This document shows, piece after piece, positions 38,290-51,850 of a DNA stretch of 64,000 nucleotides (positions are counted from its first letter, which is position 1; every line of letters starts with the position of its first letter). The notes beneath the pieces are model-generated. The model made no database searches. It was not told the DNA's origin and was given only the letters and a program-made list of their open reading frames with translations. Made by a program: the position numbers and the translations under genes. The stretch is from contig NW_024704743.1 in assembly GCF_018977255.1 (NCBI RefSeq), positions 56,050,001 through 56,114,000 on the forward strand, given 5' to 3'. Origin of the DNA: Callorhinchus milii (taxonomy: Eukaryota).

Positions 38290-39485
38290 AATGTTTAAGA
38301 AAGTTAACAAAAGTGACCCAGGAAACTACAGGCCTTTAAATTTGACATCCATTGTGGGTTAAATTATGGAGACTTATTAAGTATAAAATCATGGAGCATC
38401 TAGACCAAAATAAAATCTTAAATGATAGCCAATGTGGGTTCATGAAGGGGAGGTCTTGCCAATTTAATTTACTGGTTTGCTTTGACAGTGTGATAAGGGA
38501 GCTTGATAAGGGTAAGGCTGTGGATGTTGTATATCTGGATTTCAGTAAGGCCTTTGATACAATTCCTCTTGAGTGGCTAGCACTGAATCGGTGGAAGTAT
38601 ATTATAATGGATACTTAACTGGTTGACCGGAAGAACCCAGAGGATGGTGGCACAGGGAATGTCATCAAACTGGGAAAGTGTCACCAGTGGAGTTCCACAA
38701 GGGTCTATCTTGGAACCTCTTTTGTTCAATATTTTTATAAATGATCTGAAACTAGGAGTTGCAAGCACAGTGGCTAATTTTTGCAGATGACACCAAGCTA
38801 ATGAAGGTGGAGATTGCGAAGCTGAGCAAGATAGGCTACAGTAGAACTTGAACATACTGCAGATCGGTGGCAGATGAAATTCAATATGGAGAAATGCAAA
38901 GTACTTCACATGGAACAAAAAATCCTGGAAGGGACTATTATTTGAACGAAAGGAAAATAATATGTATGGAAAATGAAAAGGACCTGGGAGTTCTGATTGA
39001 CAATAAATTGAAGTTCTCGCAACAATGCTCTGTGACAGTGAGTAAAGCAGACCAGATATTGGGATATATCAACAGATCAATAGCAAGCCGAAATAATGGG
39101 GTAATCCTGCCACTGAATAAATCATCGGTGAGACTGTATTGTGTACAGTTCTGGTCGCCGCAGTACAAAAAGGATATGGGAAATTCCAGAGTATTACCTG
39201 GGAACTAGGAAATAAAAGCCATTTAAGAGTGAAATCAGGAAGCATTTTTTCACTCAAATCTGGAATTCTGTACCCCAAAAGGGGATGGATGCTGGATCCA
39301 TCCACACCTTCAAGAGTGAGCTTGATAGATTTTTGGTAGGTCAAGGTATTAAGGGATACAGGGAGAAAGCAGGAAATTGGAATTGAAAGATTAGGTGAGG
39401 TACAGATCAGCCATGATCCAATTAAATGACAGAACCAGGCTCGAAAGGCTGAATGGCCTACTGCTGTTCTTATGTTCCTATGTAC
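38290..39485 (+). mobile_element. Degraded CR1 RT region and CR1 3' end
   Basis: DPGNYRP, GFMKGRSC, VDVVYLDFSKAFD, SGVPQGSILEP, EKDLGVLID, YCVQFWSPQYKKD. Confidence 0.92.
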
Positions 39486-39504
39486 CTAACTACAAAATGA
39501 ATAA

Positions 39505-39734
39505 AAACAGAGAGACCTGGGAACACTCAGCAGGTCAGGCAGCATCTATGTAGAAAGGAGAGTGAGTCAACATTACAGATCCACGACCCTTCGTCAGACG
39601 TTCTGAAGAAGAGTCGTGGACCCGATACGTTGACTCACTTTCCTTTCTCCATAAATGTTGCCTGACCTGCTGAGTTTTCCTAGCTCTCTCTGTTTTTGTT
39701 TCAGATTCCAGCATCTGCAATATTTTGTGTTTAG
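39505..39734. mobile_element. Palindromic Penelope-derived element with degenerate hammerhead cores
   Basis: ~95-bp inverted arms around tcagacgttctga; exact 14-bp flanking duplication TACAAAATGAATAA (39491-39504, 39735-39748). Confidence 0.8.
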
Positions 39735-40699
39735 TACAAAATGAATAAGTTCATCTCAAATTTACATCAAGCTTTAATTGATGAAATTGTTGCAAGCCAC
39801 TGATTCCCATATTGATCCTCCTCGGCTCTCTGCTCAGGTGCCAAGCCAGGATTGTTATGTGCCTTGGGATGTTCTCTCGACGTGAAAGGCTATATAAATG
39901 TAAATTTGTGTTCTATATTGTGGTAAGGTCCTAGTTCCCCTGAAATTAACATTTCCTGGCACAATTTACCAATTTACATTTCAACCACTATAATGGGTTA
40001 TGCTCAAGGTAAATCTATTTCATATTTATGTCTTATTTGCAGTCATCTACAAATGTAAACTTACCACGTTTAAGTCATGAAATCCAGCAGTCTGCTGACA
40101 GGCTTCTATTCTCTTAGTGTTCGCTGTATCCTACTACACACTGGGGTTCAGAGCAGAGTGAGCCCTGGGAACACAACAGCATTCCTCTTGACCCATTTAC
40201 ATTTTTATGTGGCACCGCGTATTTATCTGATTTGGATATGTCAGGAATCAGTTTTTTGCAGCACCACTTCACGGCATTTTAATTTCATATCTGCTGGATT
40301 AAAACAAAGCAGTGTTTGGTTAGAGTAAATGCTTAAGACATTGATGAAAATACATTCATTAAAAGATCAGGAAATCCCGCACTTATAAAGGTAACCCTAA
40401 CCCTCTTCAGCTTTGTATCCTGCAGCTTTAACATGTGCATTGAGCTCTCCAGGTGGTCTAGTGACTGCCCTGGATAGCAATAAAGCATATAGGCCTGAAT
40501 GTCTTAAATTCAATTTCCATGCACTGAACTAACTAATCTCACTCAAGGCTGCAGATGGGTTTGACAACTTTTCTCAGCAACCCTTGAGTTAGGACAGCTA
40601 CCAGGATTCCTGAGTCTAATCACTGTCCAGAGGCTCTTCCTGGAAGCTTAACTTTGTGATGGAATTTTTTTTATCTAGTCTACAAAAGCTAACCTCTCA

Positions 40700-40885
40700 C
40701 AGAGTGGATGGATGTGTGAGAGTGGAGGTGCGAGTCACTGAGAGTGGAGGAATATGTGAGTGAGCGAGAGTTGAGGTGTGAGTGAATGTGAGTGAGGCAT
40801 GTGTGAATGAGACTGAGGTGTGAGTGAGATATGTGTGAATGAGAGTGAGGTATGTGTGAATGAGAATGAGTGAGAGTGAATGTGT
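40700..40885. repeat. Low-complexity GTGA/GAGT/GAAT-rich repeat
   Basis: Degenerate units such as atgtgtgaatgagagtgagg. Confidence 0.9.
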
Positions 40886-41195
40886 ATAATAATCCTTGCA
40901 TTTGATATAGCGCTTTTCACGTCTTCTCGACATCTCAAAGCGCTTCACAGAATAGACTGTAAAGTGAATTGACAGTATATTTGTGGGCAAAACGCGGCAG
41001 CCAATTGCGCACAGCAGTGTCCCACAAACAGTCGTGGATTGAAAATGACTAATTTATTATTGTTTTGTTTTGGAGGGATTATTATTAGGCGTGTGGAGTA
41101 AGGAAACTTGCCCAAGGTTTCACCCTGCCTGGAATTGAACCCAGGTGTCTTGCTTGCAAGTCAAGTGCTCTAACCACTGAGCTACAGGACTCCAC
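40886..41195 (-). mobile_element. Full-length young tRNA-Ala SINE
   Basis: GTGGAGTCCTGTAGCTCAGTGGTTAGAGC head, GGTTCAATTCC B box, core, tail; possible TGTAT duplication. Confidence 0.95.
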
Positions 41196-42559
41196 CTGTA
41201 TGAGTGAGGGTGGAGAAGTGATTGAGAATGGAAGTGCGTCTTGCTCACCAACCATTTGTCAGACTTTCCAAGCTTTCAGGTTCCCCCCCCACCCACCAGC
41301 CCCAGTGGTGTGATGATCGAGCAGGAGACATGAAACAAGCCAGTGTTTGCTGAGCAAAGGGATCAGCAGGGACAGCTGGATTGCAGGAGGCTGCAGAGTT
41401 AGGGTGGACGAGACCATGGAGGGATTTGAAGAACAAGAACCTACTTTGTTGCGGTGATTATAATGATTATTAATTATATGTCATGAGTTCAAAGATAAAT
41501 TTTGACCATAATTTAACACATTTAAGTGTGTAGAACATAGTATTTGTTTTAAAATAGGCTTGTGTTACGAGGTTAGAAAATAACAATGAGGGGAACAGCC
41601 ACGCCGTTGTGGGTGGTGATGGGTCTTGTATAAAAGACATCAATACCTATATTAAATTTCAAATATGTCAATCATTACTATGTGTAGTTTCTCCCCTCTC
41701 CTTTTTATTCATGCAGTTAATTGAATAAATCTATTTATGGAGAATATAATTTATCGATTCCCCATTCTCCAATGGTATTAATCTGCTTCAGTAACAAAGC
41801 TTAGGTTTTGTAATAAAAATATTTAAAATTTTGTAATTCACTGACCTTTTGCGTGATTGCATTTTTTTGGTGTAAAAGGCTATGTTTCCATAAATAGACC
41901 AAACTCCAACACAAGGTATCATTATTCTGCTTCTTTCTTTTGAAAGCAACTGACATTTTCCCTCTCACAGTCATTCTCCACTAAATCTAATTCAAGCACA
42001 TCTGCGATGTATGTAACACTCTGAGAGATCCAGGCCAACATCCTACTGCTGCATTGGTTCAGTCCTCTGGCACTATTGCTGGTATAGGTAGAGAAACTAC
42101 TGTTGGGTTAAAAGAGCAGTAGGTAAGTGGCCAAGTGTGCTACCTGTGTTTTTTTTAAATGGAATAGAAATGATCTGATAGCAAAGCCCTGACTGACAAT
42201 TTTGCTGTCTGCCTTGGATTGACTGCTCAATCATGAAGCACCTACTGTTGTAGTTAATGGGAAGCTGTGTGTTGCCAGGTCTATTCTATCTCTAGGGAGA
42301 GATTGCATTCCCCATTCCACATGAAGAGAGATTTTCATGCATATGTGGAACTCTCAGTAGTCTGGTTCACATATTTGTAAGCATGGTGATGGGTTACCAT
42401 TAACTGGCTGCCCAAACAAAAAAATGGTTCAAAGCATCAGAGATTAAAAGAAATAAAAATAAGATTTATTTTTAGAAAAATCTAGCAAAGGGTTGCAGCA
42501 CACCAGTAGCAAAATATAGCTTAATACCTGCAGTTCCACACATAAAGCATAATAATACA

Positions 42560-42850
42560 ACTATTAATAATTCTATAGTGGCTTTCATGTCAGGAGGCTG
42601 TCTCAAAGCACTGACAGGATATATTCTGAAGTGCATTTTGTAAATGAACCACAGCCAATTGTGCTCTGCATTGTCCCACAAGCAGATGACCAATTTTATT
42701 AGAAGGGGATTATTAGCCAGGACAACAAAAGAAACTCCCTCCAATACTGCATTGTAGTGTCAACCTGCATTATATGAGTTAAAATTCCGACATGGGGCTT
42801 GAACCCACAACCTTCTGACTAACAGCTGACAGAGCTACCAACAGAGCCAT
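42560..42850 (-). mobile_element. Old Deu-type SINE
   Basis: cagccaattgtgc core; ggggcttgaacccacaaccttctgact head. Confidence 0.75.
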
Positions 42851-43809
42851 ACAGACATGTGTGCGGGTAATTTACTGTCCATAAGGAAGGAGGCACAATC
42901 ACTGTTTGACCCTGGGATACGTTTGCAAATAATGATTGGTAATATTGGTACAGAGTTAGGAGCAAGCCACACCTCCCCCAGGATATGGCACAGGCCTGAG
43001 AAATAACCACATAGTATGAAAGCAATAATTATATTTAAAACTGTATGAATGCAATTTGTTATTTAAAAAAATCTTTTGTCTGAAAACTAATGTGGAACAT
43101 GTACTCTATTCCAAAAGGTATGGGGTAAATTTGTGACATTTTCAAAGCAGATTTAACATAATAACTATGAAATGTCACAAATGTCCCTTTGTAGTTTTTG
43201 TCTTGGGTTCATAAGGGACTTTGCTTAGTCACCACCCATGGAAGAAGTCATGTCCAATGTCAAAAGTCTTATGGGTGCTTCCCAATATATCCCATTTAAT
43301 CTGAATTATTATGTGATTGTTTCTTATGTGGATGTGCTAACTTCCGATTAAAGATAAATTACTGATGTGAAAAGGTCAAAAATGGCTTATTAATATTTTA
43401 AGTGGTAATTATACAGAGTTGTGGAAAACTTCTATATATTGATTTTAAAAATAATCCATTCTGTATATATTAGGAAGAGTAAAAAATGCTTACTAATGAA
43501 TAAAAGCAGTAAGACCAGTTCAGTATTCTACTTGTATCTGTAGTCTCGTGTCATGGCTTGCATGGCTCATAATACCATCGGAACTGCTTGACTGAATTGT
43601 AACCCTCCTTTCAAATCTCTTTTGTTTTTTTTAAACCTCAGTCCATGACTGGAAATTCAAATATGAGAAGCAAAGATATGAATTTGAATGATATAGAAGC
43701 ACTTTTTAAAAAGTTATGAATTGATAATATTGTAATGTGATGTTGAAATTCCAACATTCAAAGCTGCTGTCAGCATGGTTGAGAGTGCCACTGATATATG
43801 TATTTTTCC

Positions 43810-44490
43810 ATAATCCTTGGATTTGATATAGCGCCTATATTGACGTGTCTCAAAGCACTTCACATGGAATTGCTGTCAAATATAATGCAATATCTGCAAG
43901 CAAATGTAGTAGTTAATTTGTGCATAGCAATGTCCAATGAACATCCATAAACTATAAGTCCTGTTTATCTGCTCCAAGATAACAGACAAAACTCCATTTT
44001 TAAAATTTTGAAGGAGACATATCTGACAATGCAGCATGTCCTTAATATTATCGTGTTAACCCTGATTTTGAACTCAAGTACTTACGTGGGATTTGATCCC
44101 ACAACATTCACACAGAAGAAAGAGTGCTACAAGCTATGTCATGCTGACAAGTTGATCAATATATTTATATAAAGTCTCTATACACAGAGGAGCCGTTTTA
44201 CTCCTACTGGCAGCGAAATGTTTCTTAAATAAGTCCAAAGTCCATTCCTTAACCACCCTTCCTGGAAACCTATTTCAGTTGTTAATTACCCTCTTAGTAA
44301 AGAAATATATCTTGGCGTGTGTCCTGAAATGGCCCTTTTTAACTCTAAACCTATGCCCTCTTATTTTATTGTCGTGTTGCATCCTAAAGTATTGTTCTGG
44401 GGTTACTTTTATCAATCCCATTTAAAATTGGCAACACCTCTATAAGATCCCATCTAAGATGTCACTTTTTAACGCTGAATAACCCTAGTT
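43810..44490 (-). mobile_element. Old SINE (~43810-44150) and CR1 3' fragment (~44175-44490)
   Basis: SINE tail, core and head words; CR1 'ctctaaacctatgccctcttatt' (KIRGHRFR on minus strand). Confidence 0.7.
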
Positions 44491-44517
44491 TAATAATAAT
44501 AATTCTTATATTTGATA

Positions 44518-45040
44518 TTGGCCTTCCCAATTCTTCCCTCCAAACGCTGCAGATCATCCAGAACTCTGCAGCTCATGTCCTCTCCTGCACCAGGCTCTAT
44601 GACCCCATCACACCCACCCTTGGCCGGCTCCACTGACTCCCCATCCCTCAGATGAACGAGTTCAAAAATTCTCATCCTCAGCTTCAAGGCCCTCCTACCT
44701 CTCCAACCTGCTAACCCCTAATCAATCTGTCCACTCCCTCTGCTCAGCAGGCTCCGCCTTGCTCCATGTCTCCTGCCTGGCCCGCCCCACCATTGGCGGT
44801 CGAGCCTCAAGCCTCTCTGCCTCTGCCCTCTGGAACTCCATCTCACATTACCTTTGCCTCGCTCCTTCCCTTGCCTCCTTCAAGGCATGCCTCAACACCC
44901 TCTTCTTTGAACGTGCCTTTGGCCACCCTCTACCTTTCTGCCCTCCTTGATCCCAACCCCCCACTCGGGTCCTTATCCCTGTTCAGCATCTTGGGACGTC
45001 CTCCTGAAGTAAAAGGCGCTTTATAAATGTAATTTTGTAA
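44518..45040 (+). mobile_element. L2 3' fragment
   Basis: LQIIQNSAAHVLS and PTIGGRA codons plus L2 terminus. Confidence 0.88.
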
Positions 45041-45049
45041 TGTATTGTA

Positions 45050-45550
45050 ATAGTAATAAAAACCATTGCCATTGATATAGCACCCTATCATGTCACTGAG
45101 ATGTCTCAAAACTCTTTGCAGGATATATTGTAAATTGGATTTACTGTGTATTTTGTGCATGAAATGTGGCAACTAGTTTGTGCACCGCAATGTTCCACAA
45201 ACAGCCATGGTGTGAGTGACCTTTTCTATTTGGGGGATTTATTGACCAGGAAACCGCAAAAAACTCCCTTCTGTTTTTGAATGGTTCCATGGGATCCGTA
45301 ATGTCCACCTGAATGGGCAGATGGAATTTCAGTTTAATGTCTCATCCAAAAGATGGCATCTCCAACAACAACAACAAATTACATTTGTACAACACCTTTC
45401 ATGTCAGGAGGACCAACAATGCAACACTGCCCCAGCAATGCATTGGAATATCAGCACAGGCAATGTGATTCCAAATCTCAGTGTAGGAGTTTAACCCACA
45501 ACCTTCTGACTTAGAGGAGAGAGTGCTACCACTGAGCCAGGCTGACGCAC
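45050..45550 (-). mobile_element. Old Deu-type SINE with a short L2 tail inside (~45363-45415)
   Basis: Tail, core and head ccttctgacttagaggagagagtgctaccactgagcc. Confidence 0.75.
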
Positions 45551-47329
45551 AGTGAGAAAGCAAGGGAATGAGAAATGAATTCAAAATGAACTTTGATTCT
45601 CTGTCTCTCATGCAATCTTTCTTTGATTTATTAAGTGTTTTAATGTGTGAAGTGTGACATCTATAATTGAAAGAAACAAACAATAAAGAAAACAAATGGC
45701 ACTATTGCAAAGAAAAATGCTTGCGTTGTAAAATCCTGGTGAAAGGTAAGACATGAAACACTTCTGCATTATCCCATCCACTTGTACCAAATGTTTTTGT
45801 TTGTCCCATTTAAAATAGATAGTACTTCATCAACATGACTGTCCTGGATCATGTCCAGACTGGATGATACACTGTAAAACATCTCCCTTTCCTATTAACT
45901 TAATCTGAGACCAAAAACAAATAAGGATGACCTCACTGAACCTCCTTGAAACTGCAAATTTAGCTCACATAGCAGTAACTAATCCCATAATAATTGCTTA
46001 ATTTGTTATACTTTGTTATTACGTGGAAAGCAGAGGTATCACAAATTATGTACCAGATTATTATAAAGTAGTTCAGTCCTTTTAAAACATGAATTTTCTT
46101 ACAGATGTGGACAACTCTCTAGTTTAGTTTGGATGGTATTGAACATTGCCATGGGTTTTTTATGACAATAAAAAACAGTCATCAGTACTTAGAAACTCAA
46201 TTGTATCTTAAACAGAATTTACAATAATCTCTTCAAAGTAGGGCCATCTGCAATATTGTCAAATTGTCTGCAGCTTTATATCAAAGAAATAAGAAAATAC
46301 AAACATAGGAAAGAAGTAGATTAATCAGTCTATTCGAGCCTCCTCCACAAATTTATTGGATCACAGCTGAGCTTAATGTCATTTCGCTGCTCTGACACCC
46401 TTGATACCTTTGACTACCAAGTAGCTATCCACTTCTGTCTCAAATATTTCAATTGAACCAGCATCTACAACCTTTGAGGATGGTGAATTCCACATCTCCA
46501 CAATGTCTGAGAGTTCAGCGTTTGCAAAGAAAGTCAACTCTGTGGATTGGCCTTGTTCAGTTCATTGCTCAGGTCTGGAAGTCACTGTAATTGCAACTCG
46601 AATCATTTGTGGTCATGCGGTGAATTCCTCAATCAATGCAATTATCCAAACAAATTATACAGGTGTGAATGAAATCAACTGGCTATCTTTCATGTTGTTA
46701 AGCAATTTACGCAATTATTTAATATGCATTTGAGTTGATTGAAGACAAATAGCAAAATATCGATACCAAGGAATTGCTATGCAATTAAATCAAATATTAT
46801 CCTATATGCAATTAATTGGAGTGCACTGTAATTATAACATAATGTGCTCTTATTCTGGATTCCCCAAGCAGAGGAAAAGTTCCTCTTTAACTAGATTGTC
46901 AATTACCTTTAGCTTTTTAAGTCTTTCAACTATTTTAGTTCAAGGGAATATAACCCAAATTGTCCTAACTTCCCCATACAATTTAACTCCTCATTCTGGT
47001 AAATCTGCACTACAAAACCTCCAAGACCAGTACATCTTGATGTGACACCCAAAACTGAACATAATTTATGTGCCCTGCCTGCCCACCCAACCACCAGTTG
47101 TTGGGCTTTCTACACCATCCTCTGGAACTTCAGCCCTCTGCCTTGCCCTTTCCCTCTACTCCTTTAGGCCCATCTCAAGGCCTTCTCCTTTGACTGCATC
47201 TTGAGTCATCTTTCCCCCACTATCCTCAACTTCTTTACCCACCTCATGGAATATAACCCCAGCTCAGTTGCCCAGAACCTTAGGACTTTTCCTGATGTGA
47301 AAGGCAATATCAATGTAATTTGGAGTTAC

Positions 47330-49265
47330 TACTCCATCCCCATCTCCTCCTCACACTCCTACCCCTACCCATCTCTACTTCCACACCTTCAAACCTGTCT
47401 TCATTGTCTCACTACCATCATAACCAATATGAAATCCACCACCGGCTCCCTTGACCCCATCCCTAACCCTCTGCTTACCTCTGAGCTCCTCCTCCTTTCC
47501 CCTTTACTCACAGACCTCATCAGCCTCTCCTTATCCACTGGCACCGTCCCATCCCCTTAAAAATTAGCTGTCATAACCAATATCCTCAAAAAACCTTCCC
47601 TGGACCCAATCCTGCTTTCAAATTACTGACCCATCTATATACTCCCTTTTTTTCCTTTCCAAGGTCCTGGAATGAATTGTTGCTTCATAGCTTTGTTCTT
47701 TCCTTTCCCGCCATTACCTCTACGAATCCCACCAATCAGGTTTCTGATTGTCACTTGTCACTTTGATATGACAAGTGACATTTTGTCAAACTGTGACCAG
47801 GGCTCATCTGTCTCCTTATCCTCTTTGTCCTCTCTGCTGCCTTTGATACCGTTGACCACTCTATCCTCCTCCCCACCTCTCGTCTCACCTCAACCTTCAT
47901 GGTTATGGCCTTGACTGGTTCAGATCCTACCTTTCACACAATCTCCACTTTGTCTCCACAAACGGCTCCTCCTCCAGCCCCCACACGATTTTGTGGGGCG
48001 TTCCTCAGAGCTCTAATAATAATAATAATCCTTGCATTTGATACAGTGTTTTTCACGTCGGGAGGACGTCCCAAAGCGTACACAGAACACACTGTAAAGT
48101 GAACTGACTGTACATTTGTGGGCGAACGCGGCAGCCAATTGCGTACAGCAATGTCCCACAAACAGTCGTAGATTGAAAATGACCAATTTATTATTGTTTT
48201 GGGTTTTGGAGGGATTATTTGTCTGTCCTTGGCCCTCTCTTCTTCAATATCTACATGCTCCCTTTTGGTGAAATCATCCGCAGACATGGGGTCAACTTCC
48301 ACATGTTTGCGGATGACACCCAACTCTACCTCTCCACCTCCACCCTCAACTCCAGAACCACCGCTGTCCTGACAGAATGTCTGACAAACATCAAGTCCTG
48401 AATGAGAGCTAATAATCTCCAGTTGAAGACTGAGGCTCTCCTAATTGGCTCCTGTTAATACCTCCACACCTCAGGCTTTGGCCGCATCTCCAACCATGGA
48501 TGCACACTCCATCTCACTGAGCCAGTCCTGAACCTTGGCATCTTGTTTGACCCTCAACAGTCCTTTCGACCCCACATGGGTGCCATGACTTCCCTTCCCC
48601 ATGTTCTGCCCACCCCCACCTGCGCAACATCTCACTAGCTCCACCACAGCCTCTCCCCTCAGACTGACGAAACCCTCATTCACGCATTTATTACATCTAG
48701 GATTGACCATGCCAACTCCCTGCTTGTCGGCCTTCCCTCCTCTCCACATCTGCAGATCATCCAGAACTTTCCAGTTCTAGGCTCTGTGACCATATTACTT
48801 CCACCCTCGCTCGGCTCCACTGGTTCCCCATCCCCCAGAGGATACAGTTGAAAATCTTCGTCCTCACATTTATGGTCCTCCATGACCTTGCTGCTTCCTA
48901 CCTCTATGACCTGCTAACCCCATATCAATCTGTCCGCTCCCTCTGCTCAGCAGGATCCAGTCAGTTCCATGTCCACACCCAGTCTGCCCCACCATCAGCG
49001 GTTGGGCCTACACCTTCTCTGCCCCCACCTTTTTGAACTCCATCGGCCAATGCCTTCACCTCACTCTCTCCCTTTCCTCCTTCAAAGCACTTCTCAAGAC
49101 TCGCCTCTTTGACCGCGCATCTGGCCACCCGTCTACCTCTACCCTCCCTGCCCTCCATCCTTCCTGGTCCCAAACCCCTGCTCGAGTCCAAATCCCTGAC
49201 TGTCCATCGCCTTGGGATGTCCTCATGATGTGAAAGGTGCTTTACAAATATAATTTGTTGTTGTT
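47330..49265 (+). mobile_element. Older L2 (RT to 3' end) interrupted by a SINE
   Basis: [30 protein letters not shown]; (TTG)n tail at ~49255. Confidence 0.92.
48015..48219 (-). mobile_element. 5'-truncated young SINE inside the L2 GVPQ-SVLGP motif
   Basis: Nearly identical to 5455-5655; TCT on both sides. Confidence 0.92.
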
Positions 49266-50583
49266 CTTGCTGTTGAAGACAATATTCCAGATGAGGGAAC
49301 AATGAATCTCCTCAGAGTATAAAGTATATGGTACACTAGCTTACAACTAACATACAATAATCGAGCATCCCTATGACTATGTACAACCTAAACCATGTTA
49401 CTTAGGTTGGTTGGTTCAATAGCCAGTTCAACACTGGACTGCAACCAGCCCACTTTCCTCCTGCAGCTCATATCTCTTTTATATCTTCTATAGGCCACTC
49501 TGTGGTGATATCACAAATATTGTTGTGGCTGAAGAATAATTTCACTCAAAGATCAACCATACACAGAATCAGGTTTTCATTTCAATATTGATGTATTTGA
49601 TAAAGTACAATAAACCTTCACTTTACAACATCATGGATTTATTTATCTTTTAATTTTATAGGAGTCATCAAATGAAAAAATTTTGTCATGATTTTTTTGC
49701 CTAATCCCTTTTTATCTCAAAGCATGGAACCAATTCCCATGCGATTGTAATAAAACACTCATTCTGCAAAATGGTGTCTACCTTAAAATTTTGGAATGTT
49801 CTACCAGTCTTTCACCATCTGGGTCCTGACGTTGTCTGTGTATGCCTGTTGAAAGATACTTGCCTGCTGCCAATTTATGTATTAAAATATTGCCCATTGT
49901 TAAATATTTATAATGAACCTTTAATTTCTCCAGTTTGTTCTCACGTATCAGTTGAGGTTTCTTACCGCACTTAATAATAATTACAATAATAATCCTTGCA
50001 CTTTCACATGGGAGAATGTCTCAAAGCTGTTCACAATATGTACTGTAAAGTGTGGTGGTGTGAAGAGCTTTGAAACGGAAATAAGCCCATGAATCAGGGA
50101 CTTCAGGAAATGCAGAAATTGGAGACATTTACGCAGAGTTATTAAGATATGGAATGGAGGCAGAATCCATATTAGCATTCAGAAGGAAAATAGATGGATA
50201 TCTAAAAAGGAGTAAACTACATAGTTTATGGGAAAGAACAAGTAAATGAAAGGATTGCTCTTTAAAAGAGGCGGCACAGACACAATGGGCCCAATGGCTT
50301 TCTCCTGTGTTGTAAATTTCTCTGATTCTGTAGATATCACAGGTCACTGATTGCAGTACACCTGAATGATAGATAGCCAATAGAAACTGAGTTTATTTCT
50401 GTTTCAAACTGTTTCTGTTGGTAATCGCAAATGAATCACAATCCCCATTTATAATCATTTTTAAAATCCTGCATTTGTTAATATTTTTCATTTTGGGAGA
50501 ACAATCTCAAAGAGCTTCACGGGATTTACTGTGAAGTGTATTGAATGTGTGTTTTGCATGTGAACACAGCAGATCGGCAGATT

Positions 50584-50975
50584 TGGAGTACTGTAGCTCA
50601 GTGATTAGAGCACTCGCCTTGCAAGCGAGAGTCCTGGTTTTTATTCCCAGCAGGACGAACTATTGGGCAGGTTTCCTTACTCCACATGCCTCTGTTTACC
50701 TAGCAGTAAGTAGGAACCCGGTTGTTAGTTGATTGGTGAATCACTTTTCTGGGGATAATAATCCCTCAAAAAAAGCACAATAATAATTTTTCATTCAATC
50801 CACAATTGTTTGTGGGACACTGCTGTGTGCAAATGGCTGCCGCGTTTCACCCACAAATATACAGTCAATTCACTTTATAGTATATTCTGTGTTTATTCTG
50901 TGGCGAGTGCTTTGAGACATCTAGAAAATGTGAAAAGCGCTATTTCAAATGCAAGGAGTATTATTATTATTATTA
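50584..50975 (+). mobile_element. Full-length tRNA-Ala SINE (longer subfamily)
   Basis: Anticodon arm ctcgc-cttgcaa-gcgag (TGC); core; (TTA)n tail. Confidence 0.92.
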
Positions 50976-51509
50976 CCAACATACCTTAGTCGGATACAGC
51001 ACAGTACATAAAGTAAAGATCCATCTACTGTCTAATCTCAAAAGATCACCCTTAATGGACCAGTGTGACTCTTCTATTCCCCACATCAGTTATCCTATAA
51101 ATTGGATCCCTGGTGAATTAGCGACTTTATGCAACACAATTTTTAACTGTAATGGCTATTATGGTCAAGGGCATTGAAATTCCACATGATAGACATTAGA
51201 AACTGAATGGGTGAGGCTTAGCCTCCTATAGCAGACAACCATTATTTTTTAGCTTGCCCTAAGATAATAAACAACAGTTACAATGTCAACTGGTTATTAT
51301 TCGTAAATGCTGATAATTTCTTAAGAATACTTGTCCTTTTTCTACTCATTAGTTGCAATATGTTTTAGGAGTTCCAATCTAATCAAAGTTTGTTTATATA
51401 CCAATTGTTATGATATCAGACTGGAGAGGAATAAATACTGATCAGCATTTTTATTAATAGACAAATAGCAAGTATACTCATCCTGTTCTGTAAATACTCC
51501 ACCCTACAT

Positions 51510-51850
51510 GTAGGACATCCCAAGATGCTGGACAGACAGTTACGGACCCAAGCTGAGGGTCGGGGTGGGGGAGGGGGGAGGGGAAGCAGGGAGATTGAAA
51601 GCGTGGTCGAAGAGGAGGGACTTGAGGTGGGTCTTGAAGGTGGCGAGGGAGGGAGCGAGACGTAGGGAATGTGGGATGGAGTTCCAGAGGGTGGGGATTG
51701 AGTGGCGGAAGGCCCATTCACCAATAGTGGGGCGAGCAAGGCGGGGGACGGGAAGCAGGCCAGAATCTGCTGAGCGGAGGGAGCGAACAGGGTGGTTGGG
51801 GGATAGGAAGTCGGAGAGGTGGGGGGATCAAGACTGTGGAGGGCTTTGAA
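51510..51850 (-). mobile_element. L2 3' fragment
   Basis: G-rich antisense of the L2 3' UTR; tgggatggagttccagagg. Confidence 0.85.

Noticed and set aside
40700..40885. CRISPR-like or His/Thr-rich coding repeat
   Set aside because: Degenerate simple repeat with no constant repeat-unique spacer structure; eukaryotic context
41120..41195. tRNA-Ala gene (also other SINE heads)
   Set aside because: Continues into SINE core and tail without a complete acceptor stem or poly-T terminator
51556..51585. G-quadruplex-capable tract (also ~61705-61742)
   Set aside because: Just the antisense of the C-rich L2 3' UTR
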